DNA of 64,000 bases from an uncultured Solirubrobacterales bacterium (lineage in GTDB: Bacteria > Actinomycetota > Thermoleophilia > Solirubrobacterales > 70-9): the NCBI GenBank assembly GCA_963801055.1, contig CAWDDE010000003.1, positions 68,920 to 132,919 of the forward strand. Reading direction: 5' to 3'. The notes below the pieces were generated by a model. That model saw nothing but the letters and a program-made list of their open reading frames with translations. It ran no database searches and was not told where the DNA came from. Numbering within the stretch: position 1 is the stretch's first letter; each line of letters begins with the position of its first letter. Below, piece by piece: positions 1 to 10,860 of this stretch. The translations under genes and the position numbers were made by a program.

Positions 1-399
1 CCCGGCTACCTGCGCAACTACCTCGCGCCGCGCAAGCTGGCGCAGCCGGCCACCAAGGGCTCCCTCGAGGAGGCCCAGCGCAGGCGGGAGCGGGAGGCGG
101 AGGCCGAGCGACGGGCCGCGGAGCGGGCCGGAGAGACCTCGGCGCTGCTCTCCAAGACGGTGCTGACGATCAATCACAGGGCCGGCGAGGACGGAAAGCT
201 CTTCGGCTCGGTCACGTCGGCGGAGATCGCAGACGCGATCCAGGCTGCCCGCGGCATCAGGGTCGACCGGAAGAAGATCCGTCTCGAGGATCCGATCCGG
301 GAGACCGGAACCTTCATGGTCGACGTCGAGGTCGGCGGTGGCGTCACCGCCTCGGTCAAGACGATCGTCGCCGAGTTGCGAGAGGGCCCCAAGGGCTGA
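1..399 (+). CDS. rplI: 50S ribosomal protein L9, C-terminal part (5' end outside window)
   Basis: Frame 1 from nt 1 reads PGYLRNYLAPRKLAQPATKG, an L9 N-domain motif. The ORF-track tail GKLFGSVTSAEIADAIQAARGIRVDRKKI matches the L9 C-domain. rplI directly upstream of dnaB is a conserved arrangement. Confidence 0.85.
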   Translation, partial: PGYLRNYLAPRKLAQPATKGSLEEAQRRREREAEAERRAAERAGETSALLSKTVLTINHRAGEDGKLFGSVTSAEIADAIQAARGIRVDRKKIRLEDPIRETGTFMVDVEVGGGVTASVKTIVAELREGPKG

Positions 400-656
400 G
401 CCCGAGGGGTCACTCGCTTAATCGCGGCGGGCGCAAACAGCGCGCTTCCCCAGCGCTCGGGGAGGGCGTGCCTGAACATGCCTGCCGCAAATAGCCTGAA
501 CTCGGCTGCGGGGACTCGCGGCCTGTGATTTTCTAGCCAGGCTCGCGTGGGTTTAGTTCCACATCGGGGCCAATGGGAATCCGCCGGGCCCGTATCCAGA
601 CTTGAGTGGAGACTCGGCCGCTAGGTCGGGCAAGCCCCTGCGCGTGAGAGGAGCAG

Positions 657-3347
657 TTGGCCACCAACGGAAAGACAACGATCGTCCCGCCCCAGAATCT
701 GGAAGCGGAGGAGTCGGTTCTCGGGGCGATGATGGTCTCGGAGTCGACGATCGAGCCCGTGCTGCTCGACGTCCGCCTCCATGCCGAGGACTTCTACCGG
801 GACCGCCACCGCACGATCTACGAGGCGATCATCCGCCTCAACGAGAACGCCGATCCGGTCGACGTCTTGACCGTCTCGGAGGCCCTCGCCCAGCGCGGCC
901 AGCTGGACGAGGTGGGCGGCCGGGACGTTGTCGCAAGCCTGGCCGCGAAGGTCCCCGCACCGGGAAGCGCAAGGCACTACGCGCAGATCGTCAAGCAGAA
1001 CTCGCTGATGCGCCGCCTCGACGCGGCCGCCAAGCGGATCCAGCAGTCGGTCGCGGAGCGCGACGGCGAGCCATCCGAGCTCGTCGAGCACGCCGAGCGC
1101 CTCCTCTTCCAGGTCGCCCACGAGGAGCGCGCCGTCGACTTCCGCGAGATCGGCGAGATCCTCCACGATGAAATCGACAAGCTCGAGGCGCTCGCCAGCG
1201 GCACCTCCGAGGTCACCGGCACCCCGTCCGGCTTCCGCGACCTCGACGAGCGGACCGGCGGCTTCCAGCCCGGCAATCTCATCGTGATCGCGGCAAGGCC
1301 AGCCATGGGAAAATGCTGTGGGGCGCGGACGCTGGTCTACGACGCCAGCACGGGCGCACGGCACCGTATCGATGAGCTGGTCGCGAGGCACGAGGCCGGT
1401 CAAGAGGTGTGGGTCGCCGCTGTCGGGCCGGATCTCAAGCTGCGTCATGCTCGAATCTCGCACGCGATCCGCAGCGGGAAGCAGACGCTGTATCGGCTGA
1501 CGACCCGGCTCGGTCGCCAGATCGAAGTCACAGCGAAACATCCCTTTCTAACCCTGGATGGCTGGCGGCGGCTCGACGAGTTGTCCGTCGGCTCCAGGAT
1601 CGGAGTGCCGAGGTGGCTGCCGCGACGCGCATCAGCGACCGACATGGCTGATCGCGAGATCGTCTTACTTGCAGCATTGATCGGCGACGGCTCAATCGGC
1701 GAGCACACTCCGAAGTTCACCTTTGGGGACCAGCACGCGCCGCTCGTCCAGGAGGTCAGAAAGGCAACCGAGGGACTCGGGGCCGCATTCAACGTTGGCC
1801 GCCGCGGAAACTATGCGTGCCTCAGCACGCACGCTGCGGAGGACAACCCGGTCACCGAACTCTGTCGCAGGCACAGAATCTGGGGCAGGGGCTCCGAGGA
1901 CAAGTTCGTCCCGGAGGCCATCTTTGAGCTCACCGACCGCCAGATCGCGCGCTTCCTGGCGGTGCTCTTCGGATGCGACGGATACGTGCATTGCACGCAA
2001 CGCCTCGCCCACATTGGCTACAGCACGATCAGCGCGCGGCTTGCTCGTGACGTCCAGCATCTCCTGCTCCGCTTTGGCATCAGCTCGTCCATCAGGACGC
2101 TGAAGCGCAACGTCTACGAGGGCACAGCAAAGGTCGCCCGAGAGGTCCGGATAACCGATCAGCGATCGCTCGCTCGATTCGCGATGACCATTCGAATCGT
2201 CGGCAAGGAGGAGGCGCTGGGTGCGGTCGTCGATCGACTCATCACCTCAACTTCGATGACAAATGTCGACACGGTCCCGGTGGAGGCTTGGGATCGAGTG
2301 CTAAGCGCCAAGGGGGAGCGGAGCTGGCGTGATGTCAGCAAATCAGCTGGCTACAAGCTCAGCCATAACTGGCACGTCGGCACGCGTGGGATCTCCAGGC
2401 CGCGGCTGCTGCAGCTCGCAGACACCCTTGGGGCACCTGAGCTCGAGGAACTCGCCGATTCCGACATCTGGTGGGACGAGGTGGCGTCCATCGACGGCAT
2501 CGGCGAGGAGGAGACGTACGACCTGACCGTGCCGGATCACCACAACTTCGTCGCCGATGACGTCATCGTCCACAACAGCACTCTCGTCTGCGACTTCGCC
2601 CAGAACGTCACGCTCAAGCACCAGAAGCCGGTCGCCCTCTTCTCCTTGGAGATGTCGGAGATGGAGCTCGCCCATCGCTTCATCGGCTCGCAGTCGCGGA
2701 TCTCCAGCGACCGGCTCCGCAAGGGCAAGGTCTCCACCAAGGACTGGCCCAAGGTCGTCAAGGCCTGCAACCAGCTCGAGTCGGCGCCGCTCTGGATCGA
2801 CGACTCCTCCGACCTCGGCCTGCTCGAGCTGCGAGCCAAGGCTCGGAGGTTGCACGCGCAGGAGAGAAGCCGGGGCCACGAGGGACTCGGGATGGTGATC
2901 GTCGACTACCTGCAGCTGATGCGGAGCGACGACGCTCGCGCCAACCGCGTCGAGCAGGTCGCTCAGTTCAGCCGAGGGCTGAAGATCCTCGCCCGCGAAC
3001 TGGATGTCCCGGTGATCGGCATCTCACAGCTCTCCCGCGCCCCCGAGCAGCGTCCCGACAAGCGGCCGATCCTCTCCGACCTACGCGAATCCGGGGCGAT
3101 CGAGCAGGACGCCGACGTCGTCGGCTTCCTCTATCGCGACGACTACTACAACGCCGAGTCCGAGGATCCCGGCGGCGCCGAGCTGATCCTCGCCAAGCAC
3201 CGGAACGGCCCGGTAGGCACGGTCCGCCTCGTCTTCCTCGAGCACTACCCCAAGTTCGCCGACCGAGCGCGCGAGGAGAAGCCGGTCGAGCAGCCGGCGG
3301 GCGAGGGCCCCCCGATCGAGGACCTGGCGGACGCCGAGGAGCTCTGA
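657..3347 (+). CDS. dnaB: Replicative DNA helicase DnaB, interrupted in frame by a 421-aa intein
   Basis: 896-aa ORF with a TTG start. The N-terminus PPQNLEAEESVLGAMM and the C-terminal RecA-like part (SLEMS, VIVDYLQLM, ISQLSR, LRESGAIEQDADVV) are typical DnaB. Removing residues 220-640 restores the P-loop as ARPAMGK-STL. Confidence 0.95.
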   Translation: MATNGKTTIVPPQNLEAEESVLGAMMVSESTIEPVLLDVRLHAEDFYRDRHRTIYEAIIRLNENADPVDVLTVSEALAQRGQLDEVGGRDVVASLAAKVPAPGSARHYAQIVKQNSLMRRLDAAAKRIQQSVAERDGEPSELVEHAERLLFQVAHEERAVDFREIGEILHDEIDKLEALASGTSEVTGTPSGFRDLDERTGGFQPGNLIVIAARPAMGKCCGARTLVYDASTGARHRIDELVARHEAGQEVWVAAVGPDLKLRHARISHAIRSGKQTLYRLTTRLGRQIEVTAKHPFLTLDGWRRLDELSVGSRIGVPRWLPRRASATDMADREIVLLAALIGDGSIGEHTPKFTFGDQHAPLVQEVRKATEGLGAAFNVGRRGNYACLSTHAAEDNPVTELCRRHRIWGRGSEDKFVPEAIFELTDRQIARFLAVLFGCDGYVHCTQRLAHIGYSTISARLARDVQHLLLRFGISSSIRTLKRNVYEGTAKVAREVRITDQRSLARFAMTIRIVGKEEALGAVVDRLITSTSMTNVDTVPVEAWDRVLSAKGERSWRDVSKSAGYKLSHNWHVGTRGISRPRLLQLADTLGAPELEELADSDIWWDEVASIDGIGEEETYDLTVPDHHNFVADDVIVHNSTLVCDFAQNVTLKHQKPVALFSLEMSEMELAHRFIGSQSRISSDRLRKGKVSTKDWPKVVKACNQLESAPLWIDDSSDLGLLELRAKARRLHAQERSRGHEGLGMVIVDYLQLMRSDDARANRVEQVAQFSRGLKILARELDVPVIGISQLSRAPEQRPDKRPILSDLRESGAIEQDADVVGFLYRDDYYNAESEDPGGAELILAKHRNGPVGTVRLVFLEHYPKFADRAREEKPVEQPAGEGPPIEDLADAEEL
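1314..2576 (+). mobile_element. DnaB intein with LAGLIDADG homing-endonuclease domain, inserted in the Walker A P-loop
   Basis: Begins with Cys (CCGARTLV, block A) directly after AMGK. TAKHPFLT is block B. Two LAGLIDADG motifs are present (LLAALIGDGSI and FLAVLFGCDGYV). It ends ...FVADDVIVHN followed by the +1 Ser of the GKS P-loop. Confidence 0.85.
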
Positions 3348-3348
3348 G

Positions 3349-4116
3349 TTGGCCGGCTCCCCGCGATCTGTCGAGCGCCAGTCGTGCAGGCTCGGCATCT
3401 GCGACGGCTCCGGCTGGATCCTCGGCCCGGAGAACGTCGCCCGGCCGTGCGACTGCCGCTCGCGCATGGTCGCGCAGGCGCGGCTGCGCGGGATCGATTC
3501 GGTGATTCCGGCGAAGTACCGCGGCGTCTCCTTCGACCGGCCCCCCGTGACCCAGATCGACGCCTTCGTCGTCAAACGGGTTCGCGACTTCTGCGAACGC
3601 CTCGAGGACAACCTCGAAAGCGGCCGCGGCATGTGGTTCTTCGGCGGCTCGGGAACCGGCAAGACGACCCTGGCCATGCTGATCTCGCGGACGGCACTGG
3701 AGTCCGGGCGCTCGGTGGCGATCTACTCCCTTCCGAAGCTGCTCAGCCGAATCCGCCAGACCTATGACGCCGAGGTCGGCGAGCAGTCCTACTCGCAATT
3801 CTTCGAGCGCCTCGCCAGTGTCGACCTCCTCCATCTCGACGACCTCGGCGTGGAGAAGCAGACGGAGTGGGTGCTCGAGCAGCTCTACGCCCTGATCAAC
3901 GAGCGCTACGAGCGTCAGCGCTCTCTGATCGTGACCAGCAACCTCGAGGACGACGAGCTCGAGAGGCAGCTCGGCACCCGAGTCGTTTCCCGCCTGGTCG
4001 AGATCTGCGGCGATCCGGTCCTGCTCTTCGACGAGGACCGCCGCATGCGTGTCTCAGCCGACCCCGCCACCTCGCTCGGCGAGGGCGGCGCCGCTCTCGG
4101 TCCGCTCGACCACTAG
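3349..4116 (+). CDS. DnaC/DnaI/IstB-like AAA+ ATPase (putative helicase loader) with N-terminal 4-Cys motif
   Basis: TTG start 1 nt after the dnaB stop. Walker A is GGSGTGKTTLA, Walker B is DLLHLDDLG and sensor-like is IVTSN. IPAKYRGVSFD is a DnaC-like motif. The N-terminus CRLGICDGSGW...RPCDC resembles a zinc ribbon. Confidence 0.75.
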   Translation: MAGSPRSVERQSCRLGICDGSGWILGPENVARPCDCRSRMVAQARLRGIDSVIPAKYRGVSFDRPPVTQIDAFVVKRVRDFCERLEDNLESGRGMWFFGGSGTGKTTLAMLISRTALESGRSVAIYSLPKLLSRIRQTYDAEVGEQSYSQFFERLASVDLLHLDDLGVEKQTEWVLEQLYALINERYERQRSLIVTSNLEDDELERQLGTRVVSRLVEICGDPVLLFDEDRRMRVSADPATSLGEGGAALGPLDH

Positions 4117-4153
4117 TCGAGGGCTCACGGGAGCGGGCTATGCTCGCGACTGG

Positions 4154-6850
<2,697 letters not shown>

Positions 6851-7122
6851 GGGCTGGGGATGCTATCCGGGGCGGGTTTATTGACCCCGCAAACTGGGCA
6901 GGAATTTGGCGTTCTGCAGCCAAAACAGTGACTACTACCGAAGCTACGGTCCGCGCCGCTAAATAGGGTTTCGCCAGATGCGCAGGTTGCTCTCACCGGT
7001 CAATGCAGGCGTCAGCGCCGCCCGTCACGTGCTCTGGTATCTGAGCTATCACGCGGCGCGCCGTCAGCGCTAGCGATCGGTCGTCGCAAGCGGAGCGGCC
7101 GGGTCGATAGCGTCCCGGGTCG

Positions 7123-7377
7123 ATGGGAGTAATCGCCTGGATCCTCCTGGGACTCTTCGCCGGCGCCATCGCCCGCGCCCTGATCCCGGGGCGCACCGAG
7201 CCTGGCGGCTGCATCGGCACTACGGCGGTCGGCATCCTGGGCTCGCTGCTCGGCGGCTTCCTGGCGAGCGCGCTCGACATCGGCGAAATCGATGACTTCT
7301 TCGACCTCGGCACCTGGCTGATCGCAATCGGCGGCTCCGTCCTGCTGCTGCTGATCATCCGGGCGATCGCACGCTGA
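7123..7377 (+). CDS. GlsB/YeaQ/YmgE-family (transglycosylase-associated) small membrane protein
   Basis: 84 aa. MGVIAWILLGLFAGAIARALIPGR...GILGSLLGGFL is the family signature. Confidence 0.75.
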   Translation: MGVIAWILLGLFAGAIARALIPGRTEPGGCIGTTAVGILGSLLGGFLASALDIGEIDDFFDLGTWLIAIGGSVLLLLIIRAIAR

Positions 7378-7405
7378 TCGGAACGCGGGCCAGAGTCGCT
7401 TGCAG

Positions 7406-7442
7406 TGGGCCGTGCAGGGATCGAACCTGCGACCTTGAGATT
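7406..7442 (-). repeat. Orphan 3' half of a tRNA-Lys (acceptor 3' strand, T arm, variable loop and 3' anticodon stem); att-like direct repeat of 9859..9895
   Basis: tgggccgtGcagggatcgaacctgCgaccttgagatt versus tgggccgtAcagggatcgaacctgTgaccttgagatt at 9859..9895. The two differences are a compensatory pair in the T stem. No 5' half (GGGCCGT acceptor or D arm) follows. Confidence 0.7.
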
Positions 7443-7711
7443 GCCAGTCTGTAGTCGGGCGGGATTCGGCTTGGTTAGTGGGATTGCGGGGCGAGGGCAA
7501 CGCGAGGGCAGCGCCTCGAGCCGTCTGCCCCGCACTGGCCCCGGCCCGGTCTCGGTACGGTCTGGCGTCGCGACGTACGGGCTCCATTGCGTCGACACAG
7601 CTGATGCTCTGGGGCGACTCGGGGTTATCCGACGATCAGACGCCTGATCCCGCTCTGCCGCGATTGCCACCTATTGGCGACGTTCCCCGGCATCTGAGCC
7701 TCCGACAACGC

Positions 7712-8119
7712 CTACTCCCGTAGCCCGGCGGTTTTGAGGGCTTCGGCACGGGTCCAGAAGACTTGACGTCTCGTAATCAGGCCGTCCGCGAACCAGACGA
7801 TCTGCCAGGTGCGGTATTCAAACGGCACGCCGCTGCCCCTACGGCGTGCTGTGAGAACCACGGCGATGAAGACGCGGTCATCGCCCAAGTCCGCCATCTG
7901 CTCGATCTCGATGTGGACGCCCTCCTCCGCGTTTTCCCACATCAGCTCGGTCCACTCTCGCACCCCTGCCCGCCCGCGGTACAGCTCACCAATCCCGGGG
8001 ACACCTTCCAGGGCCTCCCATACGACATCAGGGCTGAGGAAGGCCAGCCAGGCGTCGAAGTCGCCGCGGTTGTGAGCGTCGATGGCCTTCCGTGCCAGCG
8101 CCACGTTCTCCTTCGACAT
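7712..8119 (-). CDS. NTF2/SnoaL-like family protein (paralogue 1)
   Basis: MSKENVALARKAIDAHNRGDFDAWLAFLSPDVVWE is a typical SnoaL_2/NTF2-like N-terminus. It starts 3 nt after the stop of paralogue 2. Confidence 0.7.
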   Translation of the reverse strand: MSKENVALARKAIDAHNRGDFDAWLAFLSPDVVWEALEGVPGIGELYRGRAGVREWTELMWENAEEGVHIEIEQMADLGDDRVFIAVVLTARRRGSGVPFEYRTWQIVWFADGLITRRQVFWTRAEALKTAGLRE

Positions 8120-8122
8120 CGC

Positions 8123-8533
8123 CTACTCCCGCAGCCCGGCGGCTTCGAGGGCGTCGGCTCGCTCGGGGAATGTGCGCATGGCGACGATCTTCTGGTCGCG
8201 GACGGTGAACACGTGGAAAGTCGGAACCCGGATATCGAGGCCGCTGTGTCGGCCACGCCCAACCTGGAGGCCGGCGATGAACACGTCATCTCCCTGGCTG
8301 AGAGCGTCCGTCACCTGAAAGGCATGGGTCTCCCATGCCTCCAACCATCGGGCGAATTGCTCGGCTACCCGGGCTCGTCCTTGAACGATTCCGGACGCCG
8401 GGGCATCGAGAGCCGCCACCTCAGGAACGTGCCATTCCACCTCCTCGTCCAAGAGGGCGAGTGCGGCGTCGTAGTCACCACGGTTGTAAGCGTCGATCTG
8501 CGCACGCACGACTTCCACGTTCTCCTCCGACAT
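8123..8533 (-). CDS. NTF2/SnoaL-like family protein (paralogue 2)
   Basis: Internal ATG of ORF 8123..8827 gives MSEENVEVVRAQIDAYNRGDYDAALALLDEEVEWH. The C-terminus ...ALEAAGLRE parallels paralogue 1 (...ALKTAGLRE). Confidence 0.7.
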   Translation of the reverse strand: MSEENVEVVRAQIDAYNRGDYDAALALLDEEVEWHVPEVAALDAPASGIVQGRARVAEQFARWLEAWETHAFQVTDALSQGDDVFIAGLQVGRGRHSGLDIRVPTFHVFTVRDQKIVAMRTFPERADALEAAGLRE

Positions 8534-8699
8534 CGCCCACGCAGTATCTCGCCGCGGGGGGTGGGGGCCAACCCCGGCCAGCCTCCCCTCTGGACACCCC
8601 GCCCGATCCGCCGCACAGAGCCGCAGTCTTGGGTGAGTTAGCCCTAGGCCGTCCCTTCTGCCGCAGCCCTGCGACGGTCCTAGGTCAGCTGCACGGTTC

Positions 8700-9026
8700 C
8701 TACCTGTCCCTTGTGAGGGCTTGGTGCAAGCCCAATACCCCGATGAATCCGCTGAAGGTGCCGAAGACGACGCCAAACAGACCAAGCACCACGCTGTCGT
8801 CGAGGCCGAGCACCGACACCACCACAATCGCGCCGCCGCACGTTAGAAGGAAGAGTCCGTACAGGAACATCACCACGCGTCCCGCAAGCCAACCGAAGTC
8901 GATCCGGATGTTGTTCCACCAGTGCATCAGTGGGCTGATTGCTACCACGGGTGAACGGCGGGAGCAGGTATCGGATCGCCCGTCAACATCAGCTTTCGCT
9001 GCCCGCGCTGCGGTGGTGATCACCAC
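8700..9026 (-). CDS. Hypothetical small membrane protein (real start may be the MHWWNN Met at 8927)
   Basis: Two clear hydrophobic helices (VVMFLYGLFLLTCGGAIVVVSVLGL and VVLGLFGVVFGTFSGFIGVLGL). No family recognised. Confidence 0.35.
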   Translation of the reverse strand: MVITTAARAAKADVDGRSDTCSRRSPVVAISPLMHWWNNIRIDFGWLAGRVVMFLYGLFLLTCGGAIVVVSVLGLDDSVVLGLFGVVFGTFSGFIGVLGLHQALTRDR

Positions 9027-9040
9027 GTTGATCGCTGCGA

Positions 9041-9340
9041 TCAGCTGAGGGCCGCGTAGGTCGAACTAGGACTACCCGCAGCCCGCCCCAGTACGAGGAT
9101 TCGTCCATCGAGTTCTCGAAACTGCTCCGTCGTTATCCGAAACTCTGCCCAAGCGGCGTCAATGTCAGACCAGAACTGCCTCATCCCCGCCGAGCCGTGA
9201 TAGATGACGCCCTCTGGTCCCCCCACGATCCCAGGGTGTATCTCCACGCTCGGATCGAGCACCTTCGCTGCGGCTTCGAAGTTTCTATCGGCAAAAGCCG
9301 CGAACAGTGCCTTGACGGCCTCGACGTTCTCCTCCGACAT
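9041..9340 (-). pseudogene. NTF2/SnoaL-like family protein (paralogue 3), apparently truncated at the C-terminus
   Basis: MSEENVEAVKALFAAFADRNFEAAAKVLDPSVEIH. It shares the same roughly 25-nt 5' leader as paralogue 2. It ends about 35-40 aa short of its paralogues, with an unrelated tail. Confidence 0.5.
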
Positions 9341-9392
9341 CGCCCACGCAGTATCCCCGCGGTGGCGATGACGGCTCCTGCAGCTACGTCCC

Positions 9393-9719
9393 TCAGTTGG
9401 AGGGTGGCCCGCCAGGAGTGTCGGGCACCCGACGACGCTCGCTGCTGGAGACGCGGCGCCGCATCACCCAGCCCGCAACGAGGAGAACGATGACAACGCC
9501 GATCACCGCGCTCAGGATGCCGCCCCAGTCGAACACGTCTTCGTCGCCGATCCCAAGTCCAGCCGTGAAGATCAGCCAACCGAGCGCAGCGCCGACCAGG
9601 CCCAGCACTATCGACACAAGCCAGGACTTCGGCCCTTCCATGCCCGCGAATACGTCGTTCGGGACGAGCGCCCGGCCAATGAACCCGGCAACCAATCCGA
9701 GGAGTAGTGCTCCGACCAC
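9393..9719 (-). CDS. GlsB/YeaQ/YmgE-family small membrane protein with basic C-terminal tail
   Basis: MVGALLLGLVAGFIGRALVP...LGLVGAALGWLIF matches the same family as 7123..7377. Confidence 0.65.
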   Translation of the reverse strand: MVGALLLGLVAGFIGRALVPNDVFAGMEGPKSWLVSIVLGLVGAALGWLIFTAGLGIGDEDVFDWGGILSAVIGVVIVLLVAGWVMRRRVSSSERRRVPDTPGGPPSN

Positions 9720-9858
9720 TTCTCACCTCCTCCTGTCAATGCACCCGCACGGGATGCACTCGTTACTCGGTTACCAAATCTACGAGCTTGATGATGCCGG
9801 TGATCTCGCGCTCCACTGCTGCTTTCCATGCAAAGCAGCGGGCGGGGCTTTCCTTGGA

Positions 9859-9931
9859 TGGGCCGTACAGGGATCGAACCTGTGACCTTGAGATTAAGAG
9901 TCTCCTGCTCTACCAGCTGAGCTAACGGCCC
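9859..9931 (-). tRNA. tRNA-Lys (anticodon CTT)
   Basis: The reverse complement folds by hand as GGGCCGT-TA-GCTC-AGCTGGTA-GAGC-A-GGAGA-CTCTTAA-TCTCA-AGGTC-ACAGG-TTCGATC-CCTGT-ACGGCCC-A. No CCA is encoded. Confidence 0.9.
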
Positions 9932-9959
9932 GGGAGGGCGAAATTATAGGAAGGGCCGT

Positions 9960-10830
9960 CTAGGGCCCACCGGTGCCGGCCCCGCCAAGGCCGCTGCCGA
10001 GACCCCCGAGCGGATTGCCGCCACCGCCCGTGGCCCCGCCGGCCGCGGCGCCGCCGCCCTGCGTCTGCTGCTGCTGCTTGGTGAGCTGCGTGATCGCCGT
10101 CTGCAACTGCTGACCGAGCTGCTGGATCGGCTTCAGCTGAGTTTCGATGGTTGAGGCGTCGCTTCCCTTCGAGTTCTCCTTCGCCTTTGCGAGGGCCTGA
10201 TCGCCGCCCTGGGTATCTCCCGCCAGATAGAGGTAGGACGCCAGCCGCGCATATGAGTTGGCGGCGTTCTTGTTCGGCTGCTTCGCGATCAGGACCTGCT
10301 GCGCCTGTGCGGCGGCCTTCCAGTCACTGACCGCGGCGCTCACGTCCGTCACCGCCTCGCTCGTGCTCGTGTCGGTTCGCGCCTTCTGAAAGTCGATGCT
10401 GCCGAGCTGGTCGAAGGTGTTCAGGGCGAACAGCGCCGGGGTCTGCTCGACGTTTCCCTTGCTCAGCTTGACGTACTTGCTCCAGGCGTCCGCGCTCTCG
10501 CGGAGTTGCTGCTCGCCGTCGCTCGTCAGCTGGCCGTTGCTGTCCACGTCCTGGCTCCCGGCCGAGTAGTGGAGCTGCACGAGCTGGGCGAGGGCGGCCG
10601 TGTCGTTCGGGTTCGCCTGCAGTCCGCTGCTCTGCCGCCTTGATCTGATCATCGAAGGCGCTCGCGCTGCTGCCGCCACTACCACCCCCGAAGAGATCAC
10701 TGAAGCTGAAGCCGCCACCGCCGGTCCCGACGCCGAGGAAGACGAAGCTGATCGCGAAGATGGCCGCCAGAGCACCGAAGGTGACCCGGACCACGCGGCG
10801 GCGACGAGGACTCTGCAGGTCGAAGAGCAC
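9960..10830 (-). pseudogene. Membrane-anchored helical-repeat (TPR-like) protein with Gly-rich C-terminus; one frame break near 10625-10635
   Basis: The N-terminus MLFDLQSPRRRRVVRVTFGALAAIFAISFVFLG...DDQIKAAEQ (ORF 10324..10830) continues in another frame as SSGLQANPNDTAALAQLVQLHY... (ORF 9960..10919). Confidence 0.5.
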
Positions 10831-10860
10831 GGCGGAAGCGTAGATGAACGGAATCGGCGC

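Noticed and set aside
3349-4116. IstB-like ATPase as a remnant of an IS21-family insertion sequence.
   Set aside because: There is no IstA transposase and no terminal inverted repeats nearby. The gene starts 1 nt after the dnaB stop and carries a loader-like N-terminal Cys cluster. A helicase-loader role fits better.
7406-7480. A second complete tRNA gene next to the glsB-like gene.
   Set aside because: Only the 3' 37 nt match a tRNA. The sequence where the D arm and 5' acceptor strand should be (ccgaatcccgcccgactacagactggc on the tRNA strand) cannot pair with the 3' acceptor ACGGCCC.
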